A DNA stretch of 64,000 nt from Verrucomicrobiota bacterium. Lineage in GTDB: Bacteria; Verrucomicrobiota; Verrucomicrobiia; Limisphaerales; J093. Of the stretch, positions 36,363-46,487 are shown piece after piece. How positions within the stretch are numbered: the first letter of the stretch is position 1; every line of letters begins with the position of its first letter. The position numbers and the translations under genes were made by a program. The notes under the pieces were generated by a model. That model saw only the letters and a list, made by a program, of their open reading frames with translations. It was not told where the DNA came from and ran no database searches. The stretch is from positions 1 to 64,000 of the forward strand of contig JAKQDD010000211.1 in NCBI GenBank assembly GCA_029556615.1. Reading direction: 5' to 3'.

Positions 36363-36884
36363 ATGCAAGTCACCCACCTCAAGGCCGCTCCCGGCGTGCT
36401 GCTGGAGGCCCCCGTGTTCGAGGGCAGCAAGCGGGGACTCAACTGGGTCGCCATCATCGGGATCGACGCCACCAAGCCGGGCGGATTGTCCCGTCGCTTC
36501 CTGCCTCGCGGCCGGGGAATCTGCCTGTACCAGACCGAGCAGCTTGCGGTCGGCGACCCGGTAGAGTTTGGGGCCGACTACATCTCCACGTCGGGCAATC
36601 GGTACCGGGAGCGCTGGTACGGGGTCGTCAAGAAGGTGCAGGAGGAGGAGGTCGTCCTTGAGCATCTCGACACCTCGGCCGCCGCCATCTCACGTGCGGC
36701 CGAGATCCGCAGGCGTCGGGAAGTCGCCAACAGCTCCCCTCCGGTTAAGCCCGAAGACAAACCCGTATGCCCGACACCCGACCCGAAGCCGATCAAGACG
36801 AAGCCCCCTACGACTTCCGCGACGAGAAGCAGGTCTTCGAGTGGTCGAAGATCGTCGACCGCAAACCGCTCCAGCCGACGGTAG
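36363..36884 (+). CDS. hypothetical protein (3' end uncertain)
   Basis: The ORF tail after about 36790 is a low-complexity R/S-rich frame. It overlaps the next ORF by 118 nt. Confidence 0.35.
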   Translation: MQVTHLKAAPGVLLEAPVFEGSKRGLNWVAIIGIDATKPGGLSRRFLPRGRGICLYQTEQLAVGDPVEFGADYISTSGNRYRERWYGVVKKVQEEEVVLEHLDTSAAAISRAAEIRRRREVANSSPPVKPEDKPVCPTPDPKPIKTKPPTTSATRSRSSSGRRSSTANRSSRR

Positions 36885-37102
36885 CGTTCGTCGGCCCAAC
36901 CGCCGAGCACGACATGCCGTGCCCGGTCTACCCGGAGTCGTTCGCCGTCTTCCAGTGCCACCGGGGCGTCTTCCACCCCTCCTGGCACGCCCAGCGGCAG
37001 GGGTGGCGCCTGGTGCGCGCGCGCACCTGGTTCCAGCGGCTCCTGCTCCACCTATTCTTCACGAGGGACCCCGTCCGTGACGACCACATTGTTCGCCCCT
37101 AA
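36767..37102 (+). CDS. hypothetical protein (5' end uncertain)
   Basis: ORF whose start lies inside the tail of the upstream ORF. Confidence 0.35.
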   Translation: MPDTRPEADQDEAPYDFRDEKQVFEWSKIVDRKPLQPTVAFVGPTAEHDMPCPVYPESFAVFQCHRGVFHPSWHAQRQGWRLVRARTWFQRLLLHLFFTRDPVRDDHIVRP

Positions 37103-37772
37103 GACTCCACGACGCCTCCACGTGGTGATCCACGCCAAGGACGACGAGCGGGGCATCTTCGACGCGGGGGTCGCGATCGGGGCCGGCGCGCGAGCGATCG
37201 CCCTCATCGACCAGTACTGCACGATCGAGGAGGTCCAGTGGATCGCAGCGTCCGTACGTCGTCGGATACCTCACAAGAGCAGCGTGCAGGTCACGGTGAA
37301 CCACCTCATGGGGACCCCACCCCTGTGGTTAGAGGAACTCAACTGCGACTCGTGGGTCGACTGTATCTCCGTTCAGACGAGCGCTGTCCGGCCCACGGGC
37401 GCGTACATCACGTACGGGGGGTTGGCGTTCAAGGGACAGCACGACCCCCCGGAGATCGTGGAGCGACACCTCCACGACTACGCCGCCGACCCGCACCCTG
37501 GGTTCGTGGTGACAACCTCGGGACCCAGGACAGGCGAACCTCCTACGACCCAGAAGATCGAGTGGTTCCGCTCCCTCATGCCCAAGGACGCACCGCTGGC
37601 GATCGCCAGCGGCATGACGATGGGGAACCTCCCCGTCTTCCTCCCGCTGGCCACAGACTTCTTCGTCGGTACCGCCCTGGAAGACCACAACCTCCGGGTA
37701 GTCCCCGAAAAGGTCAGGGAGATGATCTCCCTCATCGACACGTTCAACACCGACATCGGGAGGCGCAAGTGA
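37077..37772 (+). CDS. putative TIM-barrel enzyme
   Basis: Alternating beta/alpha pattern and a C-terminal LAIASGMTMGNLPVF phosphate-binding-like loop. Family not assigned. Confidence 0.4.
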   Translation: MTTTLFAPKTPRRLHVVIHAKDDERGIFDAGVAIGAGARAIALIDQYCTIEEVQWIAASVRRRIPHKSSVQVTVNHLMGTPPLWLEELNCDSWVDCISVQTSAVRPTGAYITYGGLAFKGQHDPPEIVERHLHDYAADPHPGFVVTTSGPRTGEPPTTQKIEWFRSLMPKDAPLAIASGMTMGNLPVFLPLATDFFVGTALEDHNLRVVPEKVREMISLIDTFNTDIGRRK

Positions 37773-38482
37773 GCGAGAAGAAGCCGCTTCGAGGAGAAAC
37801 CAAGGTAGTGGGAATGCTGGATGACGCGGGGCCCTGGCCACCCCTGCGAGTCCACCTGTTCGCCTCCGACGCCTCCGCTGAGGAGCTCCGCTTCCCCGAG
37901 AACTCCTACTCGGTGCGCGACCCCGAGGAGGCCGCCCTTGCGGTCCACAGCCTGCTCGCGAACAAGCGGGCCGGCGCGCAAGCGATCCTCGTGGAGACTG
38001 ACCACGGGAACACGCTCGACCCCCAAGCGGTCACGCCGTTCGTCCCCCCGCAAGACCCCGGCCTAGCCGCCCTTACCGATTGCCTCGTGCTCACCGAGCA
38101 CAACGACCACGAGGGGGAGACCTGGCGGTTCTTCGTTCCCCTCAACGGGAACGAGGACGCCTTGGACCTCGTCGAGAAGTACGTGCGGCAGGTTCACAAC
38201 AGGGACGATTATCCCTACGAGGTGACCCACATGCGGGTCCACCTCGGGACCATCAAGGTCCTCGCGAACGATGATGGGTACCTACCGTCACACACGATCC
38301 TTCAGCGCCTGGACTTCGTGAAGGTTCAGGCCAAGATCGCGCACCTGCTTCGGGACCCCACGGAAGAGGACGAGGACGAGGACGACGAGGTAGAGGGGCC
38401 AGACTACGAGACGGAAGACCCCCTCTACAAGGGGGGCCTGCGCAAGATGTGCGCAGATCCTCCGTCCGAGCAGGACGCCTAG
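37769..38482 (+). CDS. hypothetical protein with acidic C-terminus
   Basis: GTG start overlapping the upstream stop (aaGTGAgc). The longer 37238 frame is an out-of-frame shadow. Confidence 0.45.
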   Translation: MSEKKPLRGETKVVGMLDDAGPWPPLRVHLFASDASAEELRFPENSYSVRDPEEAALAVHSLLANKRAGAQAILVETDHGNTLDPQAVTPFVPPQDPGLAALTDCLVLTEHNDHEGETWRFFVPLNGNEDALDLVEKYVRQVHNRDDYPYEVTHMRVHLGTIKVLANDDGYLPSHTILQRLDFVKVQAKIAHLLRDPTEEDEDEDDEVEGPDYETEDPLYKGGLRKMCADPPSEQDA

Positions 38483-38802
38483 CGCGCCGCCGCGTAGACG
38501 GCCGCGCTCAGGTTCTTGCGTAGCTCGTGGCCGAAGGCGTCGTCGGCGACATAGCGGTTGAAGATCGCCTGCTGCGCGTCGATGACTTCCCGCATCAGGC
38601 GGGGAAGCTCGGTGCTCAGGGTCTGGGCGAACGCCGCCCGGCTCTCGCCCATGGCGGCCTCCTGCATCTTCTCGTCCTTCATCGTGTGAACGATGACCGC
38701 CTCGAAGAACAGCGCGTCCACGTCGGTGTAGCTCGTACCAAGCTGCGCGTTGAGGAGCTTCACGAGCTCGCGAGTCGCCTGCTGAAGATTAGGGGTCGTC
38801 AT
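38479..38802 (-). CDS. hypothetical protein
   Basis: ORF with motif at 38832-38840. Confidence 0.45.
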   Translation of the reverse strand: MTTPNLQQATRELVKLLNAQLGTSYTDVDALFFEAVIVHTMKDEKMQEAAMGESRAAFAQTLSTELPRLMREVIDAQQAIFNRYVADDAFGHELRKNLSAAVYAAAR

Positions 38803-38864
38803 ACCATGTAGTCGATGAGTACCGCAGTACCGGAGCTGACTATCAGCTCTCGTCCGGCCTGTGG

Positions 38865-39593
38865 GTGCTCCTTCCTGCCATGCGCAAGCGCAAGCCGACA
38901 GAGGCCGAAGCTCCCCAGACCAGCAAGACCCCCACCATCACGACCCTCATCGAGTGGACCCTAGAGCGAAGGCTCATCAACGAGGGGCTGCTCTGCGTCC
39001 GCTACGCGGCGGGACAAGGCCCCCTGTGCCTGGTGCTCGGGGACAACGCCACGGGAAAGAGCTTCGTGCGCCGGATCATCTCCGTGGCGGCCAAGGAGCA
39101 CAAGGTCGAGGCGATCCCGCTCAGCATGGAGGCGCGGGCAGGCTCGGACGGGATGTGGGGGATGAAGGGGTTCGTCTACGGGGACGAGTCCTGGAAGTCG
39201 ACGGGCCACAACTCCGCGAACACCATCGCGTCGATGATGAGCACCTCGCAGAAGCGCGAGAAGCCCCACACGGTGTACCTCGACGAGCCCGACACGGGCC
39301 TATCAGACCGCTGGGCGCGGTCGATGGGGCGCGAGCTTGCCAAGTTCCTGACGATCCCGCCGCCTCACCTCACGGGACTGTTCATCACCACGCATCGGAC
39401 GGCCCTGGTCCGCGAGCTCCTCTCCCTGCACCCCCACGTGATGCTCGTCGGGGAGGGATGGCCTGCGACGCTAGACGAGTGGCTCGCCGGAGACTCACGC
39501 GAGGTCGAACCGTTAGACGCGCTCGGGGAGCGCGGGATCACGCTGTTCCGACGGATAAACGACGTGACGAGCAAGTGGAAGGACGACAAGTAG
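38865..39593 (+). CDS. short ABC-type ATPase (AAA_21-like)
   Basis: Walker A GDNATGKS, Walker B VYLDEPDTGL, H-loop FITTHRT. Length 242 aa. Confidence 0.6.
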   Translation: MLLPAMRKRKPTEAEAPQTSKTPTITTLIEWTLERRLINEGLLCVRYAAGQGPLCLVLGDNATGKSFVRRIISVAAKEHKVEAIPLSMEARAGSDGMWGMKGFVYGDESWKSTGHNSANTIASMMSTSQKREKPHTVYLDEPDTGLSDRWARSMGRELAKFLTIPPPHLTGLFITTHRTALVRELLSLHPHVMLVGEGWPATLDEWLAGDSREVEPLDALGERGITLFRRINDVTSKWKDDK

Positions 39594-39630
39594 TCAGCTC
39601 CGATCGAGCCCGAAACATCGACTACTTGGC

Positions 39631-40272
39631 ATGCCGACCAAGACCCGCACCCGCCGCCCCAAGATGGACCCCGCCCACAGCACCGCGATGCTCCTCGCCA
39701 GCACGCTGCGCGAGATGGCCTGCGAGGGGGGTGTGACGCATCAGATGCACCATGAGCAGGACCCCCTCTACATGCGACTCCTCACGCGCGCCGGCTGGGC
39801 CAACGTCCACGTCGAGCCGCAGGGGAAGTACGCGAGCGTGTGGATATACGTGCGGTTCGACGTCCCGTGCCTCGCGCGCTACCTGGGGCTCGACTCGAAC
39901 GAGAACACGGGCAAGTGGAACCACCACGGGATCTCCATGGACCCCGAGCTCGCGGTCGCGCAGGCCCGAAGGCTGTTTGAGCGCCTCATCCCGCGCGGGG
40001 AGCACGCGGTCGCGGAGGCCGAGTTCTTCGGGGCCGTCGCGGACATGCTCCAGCGAGACTGGAACGCAGCGCTGGACCGCTGGTACTCGATGTCCGACGA
40101 GGAGCGCGAGCGCGTGAATCGCCGCCGCCGCGTCCCTGTCATACGGTCCTGCGGGCAGGTCTCGACGGACCGCAACCTACACGTCTGGTGCGCGGCCTGC
40201 GGGACCGACTACTCGGGTCAGGACGCGCATCGGTTCTGGACCATGGCGGGCAGGTTCCTCGCGGGAGGGTAG
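39631..40272 (+). CDS. hypothetical protein
   Basis: ORF 25 nt downstream of motif 39593-39601. Confidence 0.45.
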   Translation: MPTKTRTRRPKMDPAHSTAMLLASTLREMACEGGVTHQMHHEQDPLYMRLLTRAGWANVHVEPQGKYASVWIYVRFDVPCLARYLGLDSNENTGKWNHHGISMDPELAVAQARRLFERLIPRGEHAVAEAEFFGAVADMLQRDWNAALDRWYSMSDEERERVNRRRRVPVIRSCGQVSTDRNLHVWCAACGTDYSGQDAHRFWTMAGRFLAGG

Positions 40273-41150
40273 TGCTTGTTGTGAGCCGCACTCCGCGCAT
40301 CCACCTGCGCCTGGGGGACGCGAGGGACCTCTCATGGGTCCCAGACGCCTCGGTCCACCTAGTCCTCACCTCCCCACCCTACTGGAACCTCAAGGCGTAC
40401 CGGGACTCGCCCGGCCAGATGGGGCACATCGACGACTACGCGAGGTTCCTCGCGGAGCTCGCCCTCGTGTGGCGGCACGCCTTCCGGGTGCTCGTACCGG
40501 GCGGGAGGCTGGTCTGTGTGGTGGGGGACGTGTGCCTGGCGCGCAAGGAGCACGGCCGCCACCTGGTGGTCCCGCTCCACGCGGACATCGTGGTGCGGTG
40601 CCGCGAGGTGGGTTTCGACAACCTGAACCCCATCCTCTGGTACAAGGTCGCCAACATCGACTACGAGAATGAGGGGGCCGGCATCCTTGGCAAACCCTAC
40701 GAGCCGAACGCGATCATCAAGAGCGACGTCGAGTACATCCTCCTCCAGCGCAAGCCTGGCGGGTACCGCTCCCCCACGGAGGAGCAGCGGGCGCGCAGCC
40801 GGATCTCGAAGGCCCACTTCACCGAGTGGTTCCAGCAGGTGTGGCGCATCCCAGGCGCGACCGATCCCGACCACCCCGCCCCGTTTCCCCTCACGCTCGC
40901 CGACCGCCTGGTGCGCATGTTCTCCTTCTGGGGCGACACGGTGCTCGACCCGTTCGTAGGCACGGGAACGACCCTGCTCGCCGCGGCACGCGCCGAGCGC
41001 GACGCCATCGGGGTGGAGGTGGACCCCGAGTACCTGTCGCTCGCGGAGAAGACCGCACGGTCGGCCGGGGACCTGCTCCTCCAGCCGACCGTGGAGGTCA
41101 GCTCCAGCGCACCGCTGCGCGCGCCACAGGGCGTATGGCCGATGAACTAG
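40188..41150 (+). CDS. N4/N6 DNA methyltransferase (SPPY motif first, FxGxG late)
   Basis: VLTSPPYWN catalytic motif and DPFVGTGTT SAM-binding motif. The start may be GTG 40281. Confidence 0.75.
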   Translation: MRGLRDRLLGSGRASVLDHGGQVPRGRVVLVVSRTPRIHLRLGDARDLSWVPDASVHLVLTSPPYWNLKAYRDSPGQMGHIDDYARFLAELALVWRHAFRVLVPGGRLVCVVGDVCLARKEHGRHLVVPLHADIVVRCREVGFDNLNPILWYKVANIDYENEGAGILGKPYEPNAIIKSDVEYILLQRKPGGYRSPTEEQRARSRISKAHFTEWFQQVWRIPGATDPDHPAPFPLTLADRLVRMFSFWGDTVLDPFVGTGTTLLAAARAERDAIGVEVDPEYLSLAEKTARSAGDLLLQPTVEVSSSAPLRAPQGVWPMN

Positions 41151-41352
41151 AATGGCGCCGGGCCGTGTGGGCGGCGGCGTACGCCGAACGTCCTCCCCCC
41201 ATCTTTCCGGGCCTGCCCGATCCTCCTCACATAGCGGAGTATGACCTGCGGCTACCGCCCGACAACCTCGTACATCGGTAGTGGGTGACTTTGAGGTCCG
41301 ACCAGAAGCTTCGCGGGTTGCTTAGCTCGGGGTGCCGTGCAAGGTTCGCTTC

Positions 41353-41529
41353 ATGACGAAGATGAGCAAACCCAAGACAGAACGCCCGGAGCACCTCGAC
41401 GAGGTCCAACTGGCCCACCGCATGGTCAATGCCTTCGTTGAGAAGCATGAAGTCCCAGCGCCCCAGGGCCATGACGTGGACACCCCTCAAGAGCAGCCCC
41501 CTACAGCTGCTCCAAAGAAGGGCCGCTAA
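41353..41529 (+). CDS. hypothetical small protein
   Basis: ORF only. Confidence 0.35.
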   Translation: MTKMSKPKTERPEHLDEVQLAHRMVNAFVEKHEVPAPQGHDVDTPQEQPPTAAPKKGR

Positions 41530-41939
41530 CCAAGCCCCTCCCCCACCCCAAACGCAAGCCATGCCGCAGGCACCCCTAGCGCCTTGGCCAAGCGTTCCGC
41601 CCGCCCGATATCGGGGACATTGCCCTGCCTCTCCAGGGCGCTCACAGATGCGCCCGTCATCTCCGCCATGTCTCCAAGTTGTCGCTGGCTCAGCCCTCGC
41701 GCTTGTCGCGCCAGGATCAGCCGCTCTCCAAACGAGAGTGCCTCCGATTGCGCCATGGCTTCTCTTGGCTCGACGCCGTAGGCCAGCCAGGCAGGGTTGA
41801 TTTTCAACGCATCTGCGAGGCGGCATACCGTCTCCACCCGCGGCACGCGCCCCGCGGCCTCAAGTGCGCGCACCGTGTCCACGCCCAACCCCGCAGCGGT
41901 TGATAGGTGGGCGCGGACGAGGTCGCGCTCTCGGCGTAC
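41526..41939 (-). CDS. XRE-family regulator with two HTH domains
   Basis: Two Cro/C1-type HTH segments. Possible GTG start at 41939. ORF-track frame extends to 42059. Confidence 0.55.
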   Translation of the reverse strand, partial: VRRERDLVRAHLSTAAGLGVDTVRALEAAGRVPRVETVCRLADALKINPAWLAYGVEPREAMAQSEALSFGERLILARQARGLSQRQLGDMAEMTGASVSALERQGNVPDIGRAERLAKALGVPAAWLAFGVGEGLG

Positions 41940-42206
41940 ACGCTGGAGACGCCCCGGGAAGCCATGATGCAGTGGGTTCGGTCGACCGCTGGTCACGGTG
42001 ACCGCCGTAGCACAGGCTCGCCAGACCCAGCCAGAGCACGAGATTTTCTCTCGGCCCATACTTTTTGTTTTGACGCCGAACCAAGCTCAACTACTCTGCG
42101 CAAGCCCGCGGGAGAATAGAGGAACGGGCACCGACAGGGCTGCAACCCCGTCGGTGCCCTAGCGCGACCCGGCGAAATGACCGCCGAGGCGCACTGGAGG
42201 TAATTT

Positions 42207-42614
42207 ATGCGCTGCTCCACCCCTTGGCCCACTCTTTCTTCTCGACGAAAAACTCGCCCCCGATCAAGGAAGCCGCCCCGAATCCTGGCCCACTTCAACC
42301 TTGATGACTCCGCCGAACGTGATGCGGTTCGTTGGATCGCTCTTTTTCATAGCAAGGACGGCATCTACCGCCTGCTCGCTCTTCGACGGGGTCAGACAGT
42401 TGAGGGCAGAGCGATCTGGATGCTGACCAGAAGCTGTGTCGCGCGTCCACGCGCAAAACCTCAATGGCTGCTGATCTCGTACTGGCTGGATGAGATTCGC
42501 GTCATGTTGCCGTCGTATCCGACCTTGCGGGTTGCACGAGCCGCTTTCGAGGCCGCTGAGGCGAACTCTCCCCCGTCTTCCGTCCGCCCTCCTGTGCCCC
42601 AATCCAGCACCTAA
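42207..42614 (+). CDS. hypothetical protein
   Basis: ORF. Overlaps the 3' end of the convergent XRE gene. Confidence 0.3.
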   Translation: MRCSTPWPTLSSRRKTRPRSRKPPRILAHFNLDDSAERDAVRWIALFHSKDGIYRLLALRRGQTVEGRAIWMLTRSCVARPRAKPQWLLISYWLDEIRVMLPSYPTLRVARAAFEAAEANSPPSSVRPPVPQSST

Positions 42615-42933
42615 CGAGTTCCAAGAGCGCCTGCTGTCCGCGGGTGCCCAACTGCCGCCAGCCCTCGACAAGCTCCGATTCAGCTGCCGAGAGCCCCGTC
42701 GGGCCTCCGCCGACCAACTGCTCGAGCGGGAGGCCCAGCACACGCGAGGCTCGGCTCAGCAGGTCTAGCGATACCGCCAGCTTCCCACACTCATACCGCG
42801 AGACGCTTTCGGTCGAGACGCCGAGCGCTTCCGCGAGCTGCTCCTGCGACATCTTCTTGGCCAGGCGCCCGTGTCGGAGGCGGCGAGCCACCCGCTGTCG
42901 CAGCTGCAGGTTTGTGGCCTGGGTCTTGGGCAT
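42502..42933 (-). CDS. XRE-family HTH regulator
   Basis: LRQRVARRLRHGRLAKKMSQEQLAEALGVSTESVSRYECG is a Cro/C1-type HTH. Start at ATG 42933. Confidence 0.55.
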   Translation of the reverse strand: MPKTQATNLQLRQRVARRLRHGRLAKKMSQEQLAEALGVSTESVSRYECGKLAVSLDLLSRASRVLGLPLEQLVGGGPTGLSAAESELVEGWRQLGTRGQQALLELVRCWIGAQEGGRKTGESSPQRPRKRLVQPARSDTTAT

Positions 42934-43053
42934 CGGCTCGGTGTAATTGCCCAGGATTCCGCGTCGCTGGCCATGGCTCAAGAATCCTGATGTTGCGATA
43001 TACGCAATAATGAGTGACGTTCCTCGTCGCCAGAACCAACCAGGAGGTAGGCA

Positions 43054-44061
43054 ATGAGGAACTCCGAGCTAGAGAGCAGAACGCTGTTCGCGGAGACATG
43101 CGAAAAGCATCAACGTAGCGTCGTGAAACTTGTACTCCTCTGCGTAACCTTGGGGTGCCATGGAGGTGCCGATGCACCCCAGGTAGTGACCGCTGTTGAG
43201 CCAAAAGCATCCGCACTGCCGCTTGCAGTTCTCCCATCTCCGCTGCCGGCCCGACCCAAACCACCGTCGGTTATGGGTCGCCCACCCAACATGCCCTGCT
43301 GGATCATCAAGAAGGACGCCCTCCCGAGCGGCGAGTTTGATGGACGAGCGACCATCTATGAACTGTCGTATGGGCAGGAGGGTCGGCTCGAAGCAGCCAC
43401 CCAGTGGCCCATGAAGCCGTATTGCGTGGGCGAGGGAGAGGACAACTGCGTGGAACTTCACGGGGACCCTGAGCCGAGCCTCCAGTACCACTATGACGAT
43501 GCGGGGCACCTCATTGAGGTGTCGGCAGCTCGCGCTGAGGGACACACCGCTCGGATGAGCGTGAACTACGATGCTGCTGGTCGTGTGGCCAGCTATGCCT
43601 GGACAGAGCAAACCCCCAAGGAGCCAGTGAGCCGACGGGAGACCACGATTGCGTTCAATGCGGCTGGAGATCCCATCGGAGAGATCACGAAGGGACAATC
43701 GTTCAAGAAGAAATGGAGGCAGTCCTTGGCGTTCGCACGACTTGAAGGGAACAAGGGTGCGAAGACAGCCATCGTCTGGCCCGATTCCCCAGCGACCTTG
43801 TACTTGGGTTGGACGTACAAGGCAGACATTGCGAAGGTCGAGGGCTTCGGCGTTGCCGAGGGGGATGAGATCGTGAGGATCGATGATGCGGGACGTATAC
43901 GAAACAGGACGGTTTCCTTCCGCGGGAAGCTTCAGAGCGTGAGGGTCTTTTCGTACGAGTGCCCGAGGGAGGGAGAGTTCAAACGGATCCCGTGGAAGAC
44001 CTGGGTACCCAGCGACGCATCAGACCTGCTGGGGGCAGGCCGCAATGGCCTGAGCCGCTGA
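43054..44061 (+). CDS. secreted lipoprotein
   Basis: VVKLVLLCVTLGC lipobox. Lower-GC segment. Confidence 0.5.
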   Translation: MRNSELESRTLFAETCEKHQRSVVKLVLLCVTLGCHGGADAPQVVTAVEPKASALPLAVLPSPLPARPKPPSVMGRPPNMPCWIIKKDALPSGEFDGRATIYELSYGQEGRLEAATQWPMKPYCVGEGEDNCVELHGDPEPSLQYHYDDAGHLIEVSAARAEGHTARMSVNYDAAGRVASYAWTEQTPKEPVSRRETTIAFNAAGDPIGEITKGQSFKKKWRQSLAFARLEGNKGAKTAIVWPDSPATLYLGWTYKADIAKVEGFGVAEGDEIVRIDDAGRIRNRTVSFRGKLQSVRVFSYECPREGEFKRIPWKTWVPSDASDLLGAGRNGLSR

Positions 44062-44310
44062 CCTTCTGTCCCAGCGTGCGCCGCTCCCCGTGAACCCGCG
44101 CTGGGCCATTTTTGCCCTCGCGGACTCGCGGATGATGGATCTTTTGCCACCTCTTGACGCGGTTCCTAGTCTGGCCCTTCTCCTGAATTGGGAGCACCAA
44201 AGATCCGCAAAGTATCCAGAAGGGTCCTCCGACGATCTCGCGTGAAATTAGTTGCTTGAAGATCCGGCCTACGCTAAGTCTCCGGGATCCCTGGACCTTC
44301 GGATTGGAGC

Positions 44311-44795
44311 AGATGAGAATGGCCTACGAACTACTGCCTGATGGTCGTGTGATCGCTACCACTCTCGCAGACGCTATCGCTTGGCAGGATGCCAAATCCG
44401 CCGTCGGGACCGCGCTCAGGGGGGAGCCCCAATCCCAGGGCCAACCTCAAGCGGCTGCAACGCAAAAGGTTGTTCCTACCGGAACCGATGAGAGGTCTCT
44501 CTGGTTATCTGGTGCGGCCAGGCTTGACGAACGAGATCGTTCACTGATTCAGAAGGTTGTCGACGCGGAATCCATTCGCCGAGTGGCACTCAAGAAGGTT
44601 CTCACGGAACACGGTACCTCACTGCTGCGGTTCCTGGAGCGGATCGAAGCGACCGCCACCGAATCCGGCTTCCAGCGCGAGGATATCTTGGAGCGCACCG
44701 AGAGTGGCGCAGGCCCCAAGAAGGTTGTGACATTTCGTCCGGGGCGGTTACTCCGTGCCTACGGTCTCGGACTCTCTGACTCAAGTACCAAATAA
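44311..44795 (+). CDS. hypothetical protein
   Basis: ATG 44311 (MRMAYELL) within ORF-track frame 44256. Confidence 0.4.
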
Positions 44796-45240
44796 GAGGA
44801 GGCTCCCCAAAAAGCAAAACCCAGAAAAGAACCTGCTACCAACAGGTTTCCTCTCTGGGCCTTACCCCCGCAGCGCGGGTGACATTCAGGTTTATAGGCA
44901 GGGCCGTCCAAGGATCCACAACCAACGGTGCCTGCCTTCACGGGGCTGAATGCCTTGATTGGCAGAGGTACATCCTCTGCTTATGTACGTCAAGAGCAGA
45001 CGGCCCCTCCGACGAGGAGGTGGGCTTACCACCATGAGGCCGTCAAACTTCAAGTGTGTTTCTGTGCTTGATCTCCGTCTCCGACGATGGAGGGTGCGGA
45101 AGCGAATTCTACGGACCTAACCCGTGCGCCCACTCGTCCATGGACGAGTGGGCCTTTCCCTCCCTTTAGGTGGGCTCTACGGCATCCCGAGCTAAAAATC
45201 TAACAACCTCGCTCGGGTCCATGTCAGAGGCGAACCGTAA

Positions 45241-46125
45241 ATGATCGACATGAACAAGTTGTCGAGGGAAAAGAGGGTCGCGATCCTCTCCACTCTCGTC
45301 GAGGGTTGCTCGATGGCCTCCACCGAGCGCATTAACAACGTGAGCAAGCGCGCCGTAGCCAAGCTGCTCGCCGACATCGGCGCGGTCTGCGACGCATACC
45401 AGGATCGGGTCTTTCGGAACCTCAACTGCAAGCGATTGGAATGCGACGAGCTGCACAGCTTCGTCCAGATCCGGGAAGTACACGTCCCCGAGGAAAAGAA
45501 GGGCCAGCTTGGCTACGGGGAAGTCTGGACGTTCACGGCAATCGACGCGGAGACCAAACTCATCCCGTGCTGGCTCGTTGGAAAGCGCGATGAGGACACC
45601 GCAAGGGCCTTCATTGGGGACTTGGCGGGTCGCCTCGCTAGCCGGGTGCAGCTCACGACGGACGGACTGAAGGCATACGTTGAGGCCGTCGGGGATAGCT
45701 TCGAGGAGGTGGACTTCGCGCAGCTCGTGAAGGAATACAAAGGCGGCTCTCTGAAGCAGCAAAAAAGTGGAAAGGGTCGGTACAGCGGCGCACAGAAGAC
45801 ACTGGTCGCGGGCAGTCCCGATGAGAAGCTGGTCAGCACGTCCTACGTGGAGCGGCACAACCTGACCATGCGCATGGGTATGAGGAGGTTCACCCGGAAG
45901 ACGAACGCCTTCAGCAAGAAACTGGAGCGCCATATGGACGCGCTGGCGCTGTTTTTCTTCCACTACAACTTCTGCCGCATCCACATGACGCTGCGCGTGA
46001 CGCCGGCCATGGCGGCGGGGATCACGGACCACGTCTGGTCCCTCGACGATGTCGTGGCGCTGCTGCCCGACGAGCAGGCACCTCGAAACCTGCTCACACC
46101 CATCAAACCCAGGCGGGCAGCATAG
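45241..46125 (+). mobile_element. IS1-family-like transposase ORF (element ends not resolved)
   Basis: N-terminal HTH. TDGLKAY ... [28 protein letters not shown] ... FHYNFCRIH resembles the InsB-type DDE region. Embedded in a lower-GC block. Confidence 0.55.
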
Positions 46126-46211
46126 ACATGTTGCCGTCTTCGCTGGCGCCCAAAGTCGGCGTCGGTGGTGGCCCTGCCAGGCCGCCGATCACCCAATCAA
46201 AAGGAAGAAAC

Positions 46212-46487
46212 ATGAGCGATCAGATCAAACCACCGGCGCCGACTTTCGGCGTCAGTGAGGAACAGTTTTTGACGAGGCTTTACAACGAAGCCCGCCAGTG
46301 CGGCATTCCTGTTGGCTGGAACGCCTTCACCCAGCTGTTGAACCTACCGTGCCCCGACTGCGGCAGTAGGCAGATCGAGGCCAATTGGTTCGTCGAGACG
46401 GAACTCAAGACGCGCTGCATGGGTTGTCGGCGGCTTCGTTCTTGGCCGATCGACAAAGGCAGCAGCCCTCCGAATCGCAATACTTAG
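46212..46487 (+). CDS. zinc-ribbon small protein
   Basis: AAGGAAG RBS plus ATG 46212. CPDCG ... CMGC. Confidence 0.45.
   Translation: MSDQIKPPAPTFGVSEEQFLTRLYNEARQCGIPVGWNAFTQLLNLPCPDCGSRQIEANWFVETELKTRCMGCRRLRSWPIDKGSSPPNRNT

Noticed and set aside
37238-37768. 5' part of the 414-aa ORF 37238..38482
   Set aside because: Overlaps the TIM-barrel-like gene in another frame with low-complexity sequence. The real gene starts at GTG 37769.
45166-46032. 288-aa minus-strand ORF over the transposase locus
   Set aside because: Antisense shadow of the IS1-like transposase ORF. No motifs, and junk-like composition.
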